DNA from: an uncultured delta proteobacterium
Lineage (GTDB): Bacteria > Desulfobacterota > RBG-13-43-22
DNA: 64,000 bases
NCBI GenBank assembly: GCA_963711835.1
Contig: CAVQFQ010000015.1
Location: 96,001-160,000, forward strand
Reading direction: 5' to 3'
In this document: in pieces, positions 50,085-58,717 of the stretch
How positions within the stretch are numbered: position 1 is the first letter of the stretch
Layout: every line of letters begins with the position of its first letter
Translations under genes and position numbers: made by a program
The notes under the pieces: generated by a model
Database searches by the model: none
Told to the model about the DNA's origin: nothing
What the model saw: the letters and a program-made list of their open reading frames with translations, nothing else

Positions 50085-50119
50085 TTTTTCATTGCCGGTG
50101 AGTGGCCGGCAATGAAAAA
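50085..50119. terminator. Perfect 14-bp hairpin after ackA (terminator or REP)
   Basis: tttttcattgccgg-tgagtgg-ccggcaatgaaaaa. Confidence 0.55.
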
Positions 50120-50233
50120 TCCGATCGAGGCTATCGCGCACCCAAGGCCGAAGGCCGAAGAAAGTTTTGAGCCTTGAGCTATCAGCTATGATCTGCCGTC
50201 ATCGCCCTTGTCTTTCCTTTGAGCTGTGAGCCA

Positions 50234-50277
50234 TGAGCTTTTCCTCTCCCGCCTTGTTTTTCTTCGCCGAACTCCCA
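50234..50277 (+). repeat. 44-bp direct repeat (43/44 identical to 52552-52595)
   Basis: tgagcttttcctctcccgccttgt(t/c)tttcttcgccgaactccca. Confidence 0.85.
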
Positions 50278-50430
50278 ACTCTGAACTCCGAACGTTTTAA
50301 TAAAAACCCCTTGCCATCTCTCGATTTATCTGAATATACCTACCCTCAGCCTTACTGCGACTGCATCTTCAGCTAACATGATCGCTTCGCCCCCAAAACG
50401 GAAATAATACTTCCGAAATCTTAGGGGAGA

Positions 50431-50706
50431 CTATCCTAATTTGAAAAGATCGGCATGAGACTCCGTCCTTTCAAAGATGATCCGATCTTCTTTCAAACAG
50501 TAAATAAGCAACCAATCCGCCTCGATATGGCATTCCCGTCGGCCGGCATAATTTCCAACAAGCCGGTGATCCCGGTTAAGCGGGTCGAGCTGTTTGCCTC
50601 CTATAAGTGAATGGGCAATGATTTTAAACTTTTCAAGATCCTTGCCGCGTTTTTTAAGCCTCTTAATATCCCTTTCGAATTGCCTGGTATAGACTGGGAT
50701 TCTCAT
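50431..50706 (-). CDS. yafQ: YafQ-family RelE-like toxin
   Basis: QFERDIK, RDHRLVGNY..RECHIEADWLLIY, RTESHADLF. Confidence 0.9.
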   Translation of the reverse strand: MRIPVYTRQFERDIKRLKKRGKDLEKFKIIAHSLIGGKQLDPLNRDHRLVGNYAGRRECHIEADWLLIYCLKEDRIIFERTESHADLFKLG

Positions 50707-50966
50707 GAAATGCCCAACTTTTTGAACAGGTCTTCAGAATCTTTGCAAACCATGAGGTCCTTTCCGGCATCGGTCTTTTTAAAGGTCCTCAAGGTGGTCT
50801 GATTAGGAATGACTACATCGAAAGGAAGCCCTTGGCGCAAGGCAATTTGGCGGTAGAAAAGAGCAATGGCCTGTGTGGCCGACAAACCCAGTTTCCCGAG
50901 CAAGTCTTCGGCTTCCTTTTTTAGCTCCGGCTCTACCCTGGCCCTGACTGTTGCCGTTTTACTCAT
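50703..50966 (-). CDS. RelB/DinJ antitoxin
   Basis: MSKTATVRARVEPELK..GLS..QAI.LF..QGLPF..PN; 4-bp overlap with toxin. Confidence 0.9.
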   Translation of the reverse strand: MSKTATVRARVEPELKKEAEDLLGKLGLSATQAIALFYRQIALRQGLPFDVVIPNQTTLRTFKKTDAGKDLMVCKDSEDLFKKLGIS

Positions 50967-51004
50967 TTTAAGCCCTCCTTCGAATCTTTGTTTTTTGAGA
51001 GAAT

Positions 51005-51024
51005 TGTAGCACAAGGGGGCTACA
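51005..51024. promoter_or_regulatory. Probable dinJ-yafQ auto-operator
   Basis: TGTAGC-N8-GCTACA upstream of the antitoxin. Confidence 0.55.
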
Positions 51025-51705
51025 GATGCAATTTCCAATTTTATCGAATTCCGAACGTCTTTTTCTTCCCCCGTCTTGCGCCTCACGCCTTACGGTCTTC
51101 TTCCCATGATTTAAATGTGAAACTGTATGAACTGCTATCGAAATAACATGTCGATGACATCGACACGTGGCGATTACGTGTCGATGTTGTTTGGATTCAT
51201 GGGCACGTTTATTAATCACCCCTGCCTTTCATTTCCAACTTTCAGTTTAATTTGCCGGAAAAGGAAGAAATGGAACGGTTTATTGAAAAGCAGATGAGGG
51301 CAATAAGGGATGAAACTTAATACAGGGAAGTATACGGCCCGCAAAATAATTTGTGAGAAGTAATAAACCATTTTCTTCTCACAAAAAGTTTTTTGAGAAA
51401 TATGATTCCCACAAAAGGAAAAGAGGTTTTGCAAGTTATGATAAACGTGTCGATGGCATCGGCATGAACTTGCCAAAAGAAATGGCAGCGATGGCCGGTT
51501 TTAGAGTCTGGGTAAATTTGAAGGAGTTGGGTTTTGGGGGGTAGGTGGCGCACATCCACTTGGGGTGATGAGGTCTCGCTGGAGTACGGCAAGGCTCTTC
51601 GCAGCCATACAGAATCAAAAGTAATCTTTGTAGCCTTAGCATCTTAGCGCTGACCTGTTTTTTTTTCCCCGAACTCCGAACACCTTCCCTTGCCAAATTT
51701 TTCCG

Positions 51706-51734
51706 TTGACATATTACGCTTCACGTAATACTCT
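51706..51734 (+). promoter_or_regulatory. higBA promoter with overlapping palindromic operator
   Basis: TTGACA-17-TACTCT; TATTACG-N5-CGTAATA at 51712-51730. Confidence 0.7.
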
Positions 51735-51740
51735 TCGACA

Positions 51741-52019
51741 ATGATCAAGTCCTTTTCTTGCCGTGACACGGAAGCCTTATTCAATGATCGCAGGATCCGC
51801 CGTTTTCAGGCCTTTGAACGTCAAGCAAGAAAGCGTCTCTTGGTCTTGCAGGCCGCACCGACGCTGGAAGCTTTGAGGCTAAATCCAGGGAACAAATTTC
51901 ATTCCCTGGTAGGGGATAGGAAGAACCGCTATGCCATCAGCATTAACAGCCAATGGCGGATTTGTTTTGAATGGCGTGAAGGAAACGCTTATCAGGTTGA
52001 GATTATTGATTACCATTGA
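51741..52019 (+). CDS. higB: HigB-family toxin
   Basis: MIKSF..TEALF, PGNKFHSLVGDR, ISINSQWRICFEW, VEIIDYH. Confidence 0.92.
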   Translation: MIKSFSCRDTEALFNDRRIRRFQAFERQARKRLLVLQAAPTLEALRLNPGNKFHSLVGDRKNRYAISINSQWRICFEWREGNAYQVEIIDYH

Positions 52020-52035
52020 GTGAGGTGTAGTTTTT

Positions 52036-52383
52036 ATGAGTCATCATAACCTGCTTGAACCGATCCCGCCCGGGGAGATCCTCAGGGAAGATTTTATGGA
52101 ACCATTAGGGATCAGCATTAATCACCTGGCCCGAAATATCGGGGTTCCACCTAACCGGATCAGTGAAATTGTCAACGGCAAAAGGGCTGTTACAGCCGAT
52201 AGCGCCCTTAGGTTACAGAGGTTTTTTGGGGTTGAAGCCCAATTTTGGCTGAATCTTCAATCGGAATACGATCTTAGGCTGGCTAAGCGTCAAAAGTGGC
52301 CGGAGATTGAACGGACCATTATCCCTCTCAAACCAAAAATCTCCGGACCTACCGCCGATAAGGGAGTCGTCCTAATCTCTTAA
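52036..52383 (+). CDS. higA: HigA antitoxin (HTH_3)
   Basis: PPGEILREDF, VPPNRISEIVNGKRAVTAD.ALRL..FWLNLQ..YDL. Confidence 0.93.
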   Translation: MSHHNLLEPIPPGEILREDFMEPLGISINHLARNIGVPPNRISEIVNGKRAVTADSALRLQRFFGVEAQFWLNLQSEYDLRLAKRQKWPEIERTIIPLKPKISGPTADKGVVLIS

Positions 52384-53137
52384 GTTTCCCGAGGGCAGAT
52401 CCCCATGGACTCCGCAGCTCCGGCCTTAGCGCCTTTGCGGTGATATAAGTCCTTTGTTTTTCGCCGAACAACGAACGCTGAACGCCTTAAGCCGTTCCAC
52501 TCCTTTCCGCTCTCACGCCCCACCGCCTTACGGCTTTTTCCCTATGAGCTGTGAGCTTTTCCTCTCCCGCCTTGTCTTTCTTCGCCGAACTCCCAGCTCC
52601 GAATGTCTTTTTAAAAAGCCTTTGACTTCTCCCAAAACTTTCGCCTATACTTACACTTACATATCCCCGTGGGCTTTCCCCTGAATCTCTTTCACCCGTT
52701 TGTGTGAAGTTAACCTTTCTTTGTTGTTGAAGTAAGCCCCACGGCCAATCGGCCGGTTGAAGTGATAGCTTTACAAATATGCCTTTAATTTCGAACAAAA
52801 AATTGATGCAAAGAAAATAACCCCAATTCCAGTGAGTAAGCTTTAGCTAAGCACATTCTGCACGAACGTCCCCTTTTATTCTTTTGATTATGGACCTTTC
52901 TTCCTGTAATGGTGTTGTGCTATACAAGCCGTTCTTAAAATATTTCGCTCGGTAATTGTCAAACACACACCGCCTATTTGTTGTTCATAATTATTTCTAT
53001 CAAAGCAGGTGCAGGGGTTTTATAACAGTCATATACAAAGCTCCGGCATCCCTTTTTTTCCTTGACGCTTTTAATTTTCCAATTTAATATCGATCCTAAC
53101 TCTAAGTAAATTCTATCAATTCCTGCGAGGAAAACCC

Positions 53138-53809
53138 ATGACCGGAATAATGGAAATGGTAATTAGGTTGCTTCTCGGAGCCCTTCTGGGTGGGATAATC
53201 GGCTTTGAACGGTATACTCATGGTCGGCCTGCCGGTTTCAGGACTCATTTAATCGTCTGTTTAGCTTCGGTCCTTATCATGATGGTCTCTGTTGACTTTC
53301 ACTATCTAACCAAACAAAATCCCGACTATATAAGAATTGATCCCTCTCGGGTGGCTGCTGGGGCCATCACTGGAATAGGATTTCTGGGCGCTGGCGTTAT
53401 TATTAAAACAGGATTTATTGTCCAGGGCCTTACGACCGCAGCCTGTCTTTGGATTGTTTCTGCTATCGGCTTGGCGGTGGGTGTTGGACTTTATCTCCCG
53501 GCTATAATAGCAACCCTTATTACAATGATCTCTCTATGGGTCCTAAGGGGAATTGAACAAAAAATGGAAAGGAAATTATATAAATATGTCGGTATCACCA
53601 CCGGCAGTGCCGATAAAGAAAAAATAATCGAAGAGGTATTAAAAGAGGCAACGGCGTCTATCGAAAATATCAATTATGAATACAACCGGGTTAGTAATAT
53701 TTTTAATTACACTTTTACTGTTTCAGTGGACGACAGAGGGGATCTCTCTGGTTTACTTGCCAAGCTTAGTTCAGTTGAAGGCATCAGCAGGGTATCAATC
53801 AAAGGCTGA
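53138..53809 (+). CDS. MgtC/SapB family membrane protein
   Basis: GGIIGFER, AGFRTH, DPSRVAA..ITGIGFLGAG, GLTTAA; ACT-like C-terminus; locally lower GC. Confidence 0.92.
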   Translation: MTGIMEMVIRLLLGALLGGIIGFERYTHGRPAGFRTHLIVCLASVLIMMVSVDFHYLTKQNPDYIRIDPSRVAAGAITGIGFLGAGVIIKTGFIVQGLTTAACLWIVSAIGLAVGVGLYLPAIIATLITMISLWVLRGIEQKMERKLYKYVGITTGSADKEKIIEEVLKEATASIENINYEYNRVSNIFNYTFTVSVDDRGDLSGLLAKLSSVEGISRVSIKG

Positions 53810-53871
53810 TTAGTTTAGGCAAGGTGAAGTGGTCCATATCACTCACCGTTGCCATAAGATCACAAATGGAT

Positions 53872-54281
53872 CTAATCCCCTAAAACCTTCCAGTAAAAGA
53901 TATGATAAACGGTTTCGTCCCGGCCTTTCAGGTCCCTACTCCCGACCGGCTTTCTCAACCGCCCAAAGGAGATCAAATTTTTTACCATTGGTGCTTTGAT
54001 AGCGGGGCTCGGGTGTTCCGGCAACCCGATTCATCTTCCAACCCTTCTTCCTGGAAAGCAGAAAGGAGTTCTTCTACCAGGGTCTCGATTTTTTTGGCCG
54101 ATCTGATTTCCAACCTGAGGGCCGGCATCTCCCTGCAGATCCCCTCCTCGCTTTCCCCACAGGGCTTCTCGATGGCACCCGGCAGTATGGGAAACCGTTC
54201 CCACCCGCTTGACATAGCCACCGCGCCCAATCCAGACCATAGAAGTAATACAACAACCGGGACTATCGCCTTAATTACCAT
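53872..54281 (-). CDS. Small exported hypothetical protein, possibly with two +1 indels
   Basis: AAGGGA RBS, signal-like N-terminus; removing two bases (~54040, ~53941) gives a 135-aa frame ending YHIFYWKVLGD. Confidence 0.4.
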
Positions 54282-54388
54282 GCCATCCCTTTAATGTGTA
54301 TCGATCCGATTTGATTAGGCGCAGCGCTCATTTCTTCGGTAGGGGTTTCCAATTTACTCTTTTTACGCAAAGTCCAGATAAAATTTGT

Positions 54389-55174
54389 TTACCGCCCTTT
54401 AAAAACCGGCTTTCTTTTTTCAGCGAAGGCCCTCAGGCCTTCTTTCCGGTCTTCGGAGGCATATAGGATCGAAGAGCATTGGGCCTCATAGTCCAGACCC
54501 GAGGCCAGGTCCAGTTGCAGACCGACGGTTACCGCCCTCTTAATGTATTTAAGGGCGAGCGGGGCATTCTTAATGATTTTTTTCGCCAGGTCCGTGGTCT
54601 CTTCCATAAGCTTTTCCACCGGCACAACGTTATTCACCAACCCGATCCGGTAGGCCTCCCGGGCATCGACAAATTCGCCGCTGAAGAGCATTTCCTTGGC
54701 CCTGGTCGCCCCGATCAGGCGCGGGAGCCTCTGAGTCCCCCCGGCTGAAGGCATGGAGCCCAATTTCACCTCCGGCAGACCAAAGCGAGCCGTTTCCGAG
54801 GCGATCCTCAAGTCGCAAACCAGGGCCAGTTCGCAGCCCCCGCCCAGGGCTACACCGCTGACCGCGGCAATCACCGGCTTCTCAAACTGCTCGATGCGCG
54901 TGTAAAATTCCTGGCTTTTTTTCTGAGCCGAGTAAAACTGGGCCTGTGTTACCTGAACCGTAGATCTTTCTTTGATATCCGCTCCGGCGCTGAAGACTTT
55001 TTCCCCTCCGGTCAGGATCACTGCCCTGATTTCATCATCTCCTTCCCAGCTTTCAAATATGGACCAGACCTCTTCCTTTAGCTGCCGGCTCAAGGCGTTC
55101 ATCCGATCAGGACGATTGAGGGTAATTATGCCGATGCCGTTTTCTTTTTCAAATAATACAGTCTCGTAGTTCAT
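54389..55174 (-). CDS. Enoyl-CoA hydratase (crotonase)
   Basis: [31 protein letters not shown]. Confidence 0.92.
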   Translation of the reverse strand: MNYETVLFEKENGIGIITLNRPDRMNALSRQLKEEVWSIFESWEGDDEIRAVILTGGEKVFSAGADIKERSTVQVTQAQFYSAQKKSQEFYTRIEQFEKPVIAAVSGVALGGGCELALVCDLRIASETARFGLPEVKLGSMPSAGGTQRLPRLIGATRAKEMLFSGEFVDAREAYRIGLVNNVVPVEKLMEETTDLAKKIIKNAPLALKYIKRAVTVGLQLDLASGLDYEAQCSSILYASEDRKEGLRAFAEKRKPVFKGR

Positions 55175-55189
55175 GGGAACCTCATTCTA

Positions 55190-55278
55190 TAAAGGGTCCA
55201 AGGGTTCGAGGATTCAAAGGGTTCAAGTGCCGATTATTCCGCTCGAACCCTGGACCCTTTGGGCACTTGAACCCTTTA
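55190..55278. repeat. Octamer-periodic inverted-repeat hairpin element, copy 2
   Basis: aaagggtccaagggttcgaggattcaaagggttcaagtg ... ctcgaaccctggaccc..cacttgaacccttt. Confidence 0.8.
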
Positions 55279-55279
55279 G

Positions 55280-56830
55280 TTAGTAGGTTACTGATTTCCC
55301 ATACTGCTCCCGGAGCACCCTTTTGAGTATCTTGCCGGCCGGGTTTTTAGGCAGGGCCTCGATAAAGTCCACCGACTTGGGGCACTTGAACCCGGCGATG
55401 TGCCGGCGGCAGAAACCGATGATTTCCTCGGGCGAAGCCGACTCCCCGGCCTTGAGGGTTACCACCGCCTTGATGGCTTCCCCCCATTTCGGGTCAGGCA
55501 CACCAATAACGGCCGCTTCGGCAATCTTAGGATGAAGATATAGAACCTCCTCCACCTCCCGGGGAAAGACATTTTCGGCCCCGGTTATGATCATATCCTT
55601 TTTGCGGTCCACGATGTAAAGGAATCCTTCTTCATCCAAGCGGCCCAGATCCCCGGTATGCATCCAGCCACCCCGCATGGCCTCTTCCGTGGCCTCAGAA
55701 TCTTTGTAATAACTTTTCATCAGGTTATTCCCACGAAAGACGACTTCCCCGATTTCTCCAGGGGCCTGGTCCTCTCCCTGCTCATTAATCACCCTCATTT
55801 CCAGGCCGATGAGCGGTTTGCCTACACAGGCCGTCTTCCGGTGGGAATCGCCGGTGGTAAGGGTGGTGATTCCTCCGGAGGCCTCGGTCATGCCGTAATT
55901 ATCAAATATCAGGGCATTGGGGAAAATCTCCTTAAGCCTTCTCAGGGTCTCCACAGGCATGATAGCCGCACCGGACCCCAAAAGGGTAACCGAACTGGTA
56001 TCATACCGGTCAACTTCAGGAACCTGAAGGATCATATTATAAACCGTGGGTGCGGCGCCCCAGCGGGTAATTTTTTCCCGCTGGATCGTTTCCAGGCAAT
56101 CCTTAGGATCGAATGTTTTTTTAAGATAGATGGTCGCACCCAGATAAAAGTTGGTGAAGACGTTCCCGATAGCCGCCACGTGATAGAGCGGAAAAACCTG
56201 TAAGACCCTATCACCGGCACGGAATGTCCCGGTATGTGCCCAGTTGATACAATTCCAAATAGTGGAATTATGGGTAAGCACCACCCCCTTGGCCCGCCCG
56301 GTCGTCCCGGCGGTATAAACAATCATGGCTTTATCGTCGCCCAGAATTTCCAATGAAGGGAATTTATCTTTTCCGTCCTGCAGGATAGCCTGAAAGCTGT
56401 CGGTTTCAGGCGAAGCCGGCTCCTCAAACATCATAAAGGACCGCACCTTGGTAAGCTGGGGCCTGATCGCTCCTACCGTCTTTTCAAAATCCTTGGAAAA
56501 GACCAGGGCTACGGTCTCGGAATGGTCCAGTATCCAGGCCATTTCCGGCGGGGCCAGCCTGCCGTTTATCGGAACCAGGATGCCGCCTATCTTGAAAATT
56601 CCGAAAAAAGCAATCAGCAGTTCATTGCAGTTTAAGGCCAGCGTTGCAATGTGATCCCCTTTTCCAAAGCCCATCCGGATCAAACTGTCGGCAAAGCAAT
56701 TGCTGAGGCGATCCAATTCGCCATAGGTCACGGCAGTCCCTTCCTGAGAAACCAGGGCTGCCTGTTCCGGCATCTTATGGGCGGTCCGCCTGATCATACT
56801 GCCCAGGTTGATGGTATATAATAAGCTCAT
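55280..56830 (-). CDS. Acyl-CoA synthetase (FadD/FACL-like)
   Basis: YTAGTTGRAKG, YGMTE, GWMHTGDLG, DRKKDMI, NPAGK. Confidence 0.93.
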   Translation of the reverse strand: MSLLYTINLGSMIRRTAHKMPEQAALVSQEGTAVTYGELDRLSNCFADSLIRMGFGKGDHIATLALNCNELLIAFFGIFKIGGILVPINGRLAPPEMAWILDHSETVALVFSKDFEKTVGAIRPQLTKVRSFMMFEEPASPETDSFQAILQDGKDKFPSLEILGDDKAMIVYTAGTTGRAKGVVLTHNSTIWNCINWAHTGTFRAGDRVLQVFPLYHVAAIGNVFTNFYLGATIYLKKTFDPKDCLETIQREKITRWGAAPTVYNMILQVPEVDRYDTSSVTLLGSGAAIMPVETLRRLKEIFPNALIFDNYGMTEASGGITTLTTGDSHRKTACVGKPLIGLEMRVINEQGEDQAPGEIGEVVFRGNNLMKSYYKDSEATEEAMRGGWMHTGDLGRLDEEGFLYIVDRKKDMIITGAENVFPREVEEVLYLHPKIAEAAVIGVPDPKWGEAIKAVVTLKAGESASPEEIIGFCRRHIAGFKCPKSVDFIEALPKNPAGKILKRVLREQYGKSVTY

Positions 56831-56845
56831 GGTCGGTCTCCCAGG

Positions 56846-57268
56846 CTACAGGCGGGGAAGCTGGGCTTCAAAAGTTCCCTTGAGTTTAAGCTCCCCTTTT
56901 TCATCCTTGGCCACTACCTGGCACAGGATACAACGGTCAGGTTCCCGCTTTTCAACGACCTTCCCCGTGATCGTAATCACCTCGTTGAGTCGGGTAAGCC
57001 CTAAAAACCGGACCTTGAATCTTCTCAGATAACGATTGGGGATCCAGGCGCTGATCGCCTGGCCTGCGAATCCCATAATCAGCATCCCCTGAGCAATGAC
57101 TCCCCCAAACCCGGCCTTCTGGCCGACGGCCGGGTCATAATGCAGGGGATTGAAGTCGCCCGAAGCGCCGGCGTATCGGACCAACTGTACCAGGGTGACG
57201 GGTTCTTTGACCAGAGGAGGCATCTGGTCACCGACCTTCAGATCTTCAAAAACAATCGCTTTAGCCAT
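56846..57268 (-). CDS. MaoC (R)-hydratase, catalytic hot-dog subunit (HadB-like)
   Basis: YAGASGDFNPLHYD, IAQGM; start after GGAGGG. Confidence 0.9.
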   Translation of the reverse strand: MAKAIVFEDLKVGDQMPPLVKEPVTLVQLVRYAGASGDFNPLHYDPAVGQKAGFGGVIAQGMLIMGFAGQAISAWIPNRYLRRFKVRFLGLTRLNEVITITGKVVEKREPDRCILCQVVAKDEKGELKLKGTFEAQLPRL

Positions 57269-57723
57269 TATCCCTCCGCCAGTTTTTCTAAAATGGTTGA
57301 ACGCCCCACCAGCACCTTCCGGCCCTTCTGATTGAAGGCCATGGTTTCCAAAACGGCCAGGTGCATTTTCCCCGCACGACCTTCCTTGACCTGGAAACCA
57401 GCCACCGTCATGGTGCATTGCAGGGTCTCTCCGGCGCAAACAGGCTCAAAATATTCATAGTCCTGTTCGGCATGAAGAACCCTGATGGGGTTGGCCCCCA
57501 ACTGGTTGCAGATTTCGGAAAAGCCCAACCCTCCCCAGAGATTGATGGCCGTCCCGAAGGTAGGCGGCGCTATGATTTCAGGGTACCCTTCGGCACGGGC
57601 CTCCCCTGACTCCCGATAAATCGGATTGGGATCTCCGATAGCCTCAGCCAGTTCACGAATTTTGGCTTGCTCGACCAGATAATGAAATTCAGCCAGGCGT
57701 TTTCCTTGGATGGACTCATTCAT
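57268..57723 (-). CDS. MaoC N-terminal/FAS1-like hot-dog partner (HadA-like)
   Basis: KIRELAEAIGD.NPIY, APPTF, LHAEQDYEY. Confidence 0.88.
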   Translation of the reverse strand: MNESIQGKRLAEFHYLVEQAKIRELAEAIGDPNPIYRESGEARAEGYPEIIAPPTFGTAINLWGGLGFSEICNQLGANPIRVLHAEQDYEYFEPVCAGETLQCTMTVAGFQVKEGRAGKMHLAVLETMAFNQKGRKVLVGRSTILEKLAEG

Positions 57724-57822
57724 TTATTTTCTCCCTTAGGTTAGGAATGGTCAACTGGTCCGATTCAAATCCCCCCCACCCTTCCCCCCTCCTCAAGGTG
57801 TAAGGGAGGGGGTCTTATCTCC

Positions 57823-58491
57823 TCAGGAAAGATCAACCCATCGTATAAAATCTTCCGTCTTCCCACGTTGGCTACGGAAGAGATTGGCTGGGTGATCCGG
57901 AACGGGATAGCCGATCCCGAGGCCCATAACCAGCACCTGATCCGAAGCTATCCCGGCGAATTGCCGCACCACGTCCGGATAACTTACCGACCGGGTCAGG
58001 ATGCAGGTCCCCAGCCCCTGTTCCACAGCCAGCAGGGCGATGGTCTGCAGTATGATGCCGCCGTCCATCAGGGCGTAGGGATTGAATCCCCGGTCAAAGT
58101 GGAGGTAAATCAGACCAGGGGCCTCAAAAAAGCGGGACATGGCCAGGTTGTAGGCCTCTCTTTTCTCCCGGTCCTCACGGGCAATACCCAAGGCTTGAAA
58201 AAGACTTTTCCCCAGGCCCTTGTAGCGAACGGTCTGAATTTCGTTGAAGGTGGTTTGAAAAGGAAAATCCGGGTTTGAAGGGGTGCCTTTTTGGAGAAGC
58301 CGGACATACTCCTCTCTGATTTTATACAGGGTCTCCCCTCCTACGATGGTGAACTTCCAGGGCTGGGTATTTCCCCAAGAGGGCGCCCAGAGGGCCTTTT
58401 CCATGATGTCCCTTAGGATTTTTTGGAGGACCGGCTCCGGACTGAAGGCCCGGATGCTTCTTCTGGCCAGAACAGCTTCCTTAACGTCCAT
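57823..58491 (-). CDS. Nitroreductase family protein
   Basis: RRSIRAF, APSWGNTQPW, GLGTC, GIGYP. Confidence 0.92.
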   Translation of the reverse strand: MDVKEAVLARRSIRAFSPEPVLQKILRDIMEKALWAPSWGNTQPWKFTIVGGETLYKIREEYVRLLQKGTPSNPDFPFQTTFNEIQTVRYKGLGKSLFQALGIAREDREKREAYNLAMSRFFEAPGLIYLHFDRGFNPYALMDGGIILQTIALLAVEQGLGTCILTRSVSYPDVVRQFAGIASDQVLVMGLGIGYPVPDHPANLFRSQRGKTEDFIRWVDLS

Positions 58492-58514
58492 AACGTTCTC
58501 CTTTCTAAATGACC

Positions 58515-58711
58515 GATACTGGATACTTGATGCTGGAAACTCGATACTGGATAAAAAACAACTCGCTTGGGCAATTTGGTAAGCGTCATTTCATGTATCT
58601 CGTTTACCAGTTCTCCGGCTAACTTCCAGACCTCCAAGCTTTTATAACTCATTCACTCCTCAGTTCATCCAGTATCCAATATCAAGTATCCAGCATCGAG
58701 TATCCAGTATC
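58515..58711. repeat. Heptamer-periodic inverted-repeat element (GATACTG unit), copy 2, enclosing a gene stump
   Basis: gatactggatacttgatgctggaaactcgatactggata (58515-58553) ... atccagtatccaatatcaagtatccagcatcgagtatccagtatc (58667-58711). Confidence 0.88.
58566..58652 (-). pseudogene. Four-helix-bundle protein (23S rRNA IVP/TIGR02436-like) N-terminal fragment
   Basis: GAGGAG RBS plus MSYKSLEVWKLAGELVNEIHEMTLTKLPK, matching the family start (Y..LEVW..A..L...IH..T..LP); ends abruptly at the repeat arm. Confidence 0.75.
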
Positions 58712-58717
58712 TTTGTC

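Noticed and set aside
50160-52660. CRISPR array or integron attC array
   Set aside because: No constant-length repeat/spacer periodicity, no cas or intI gene, no RYYYAAC/GTTRRRY-bounded sites recognised
52660-53137. M-box (ykoK) riboswitch or leader upstream of mgtC
   Set aside because: Conserved M-box motifs not seen; only a plausible sigma70 promoter near 53062
58566-58652. Diversity-generating retroelement (Avd-like gene)
   Set aside because: No reverse transcriptase and no TR/VR pair with adenine-specific mismatches in the window
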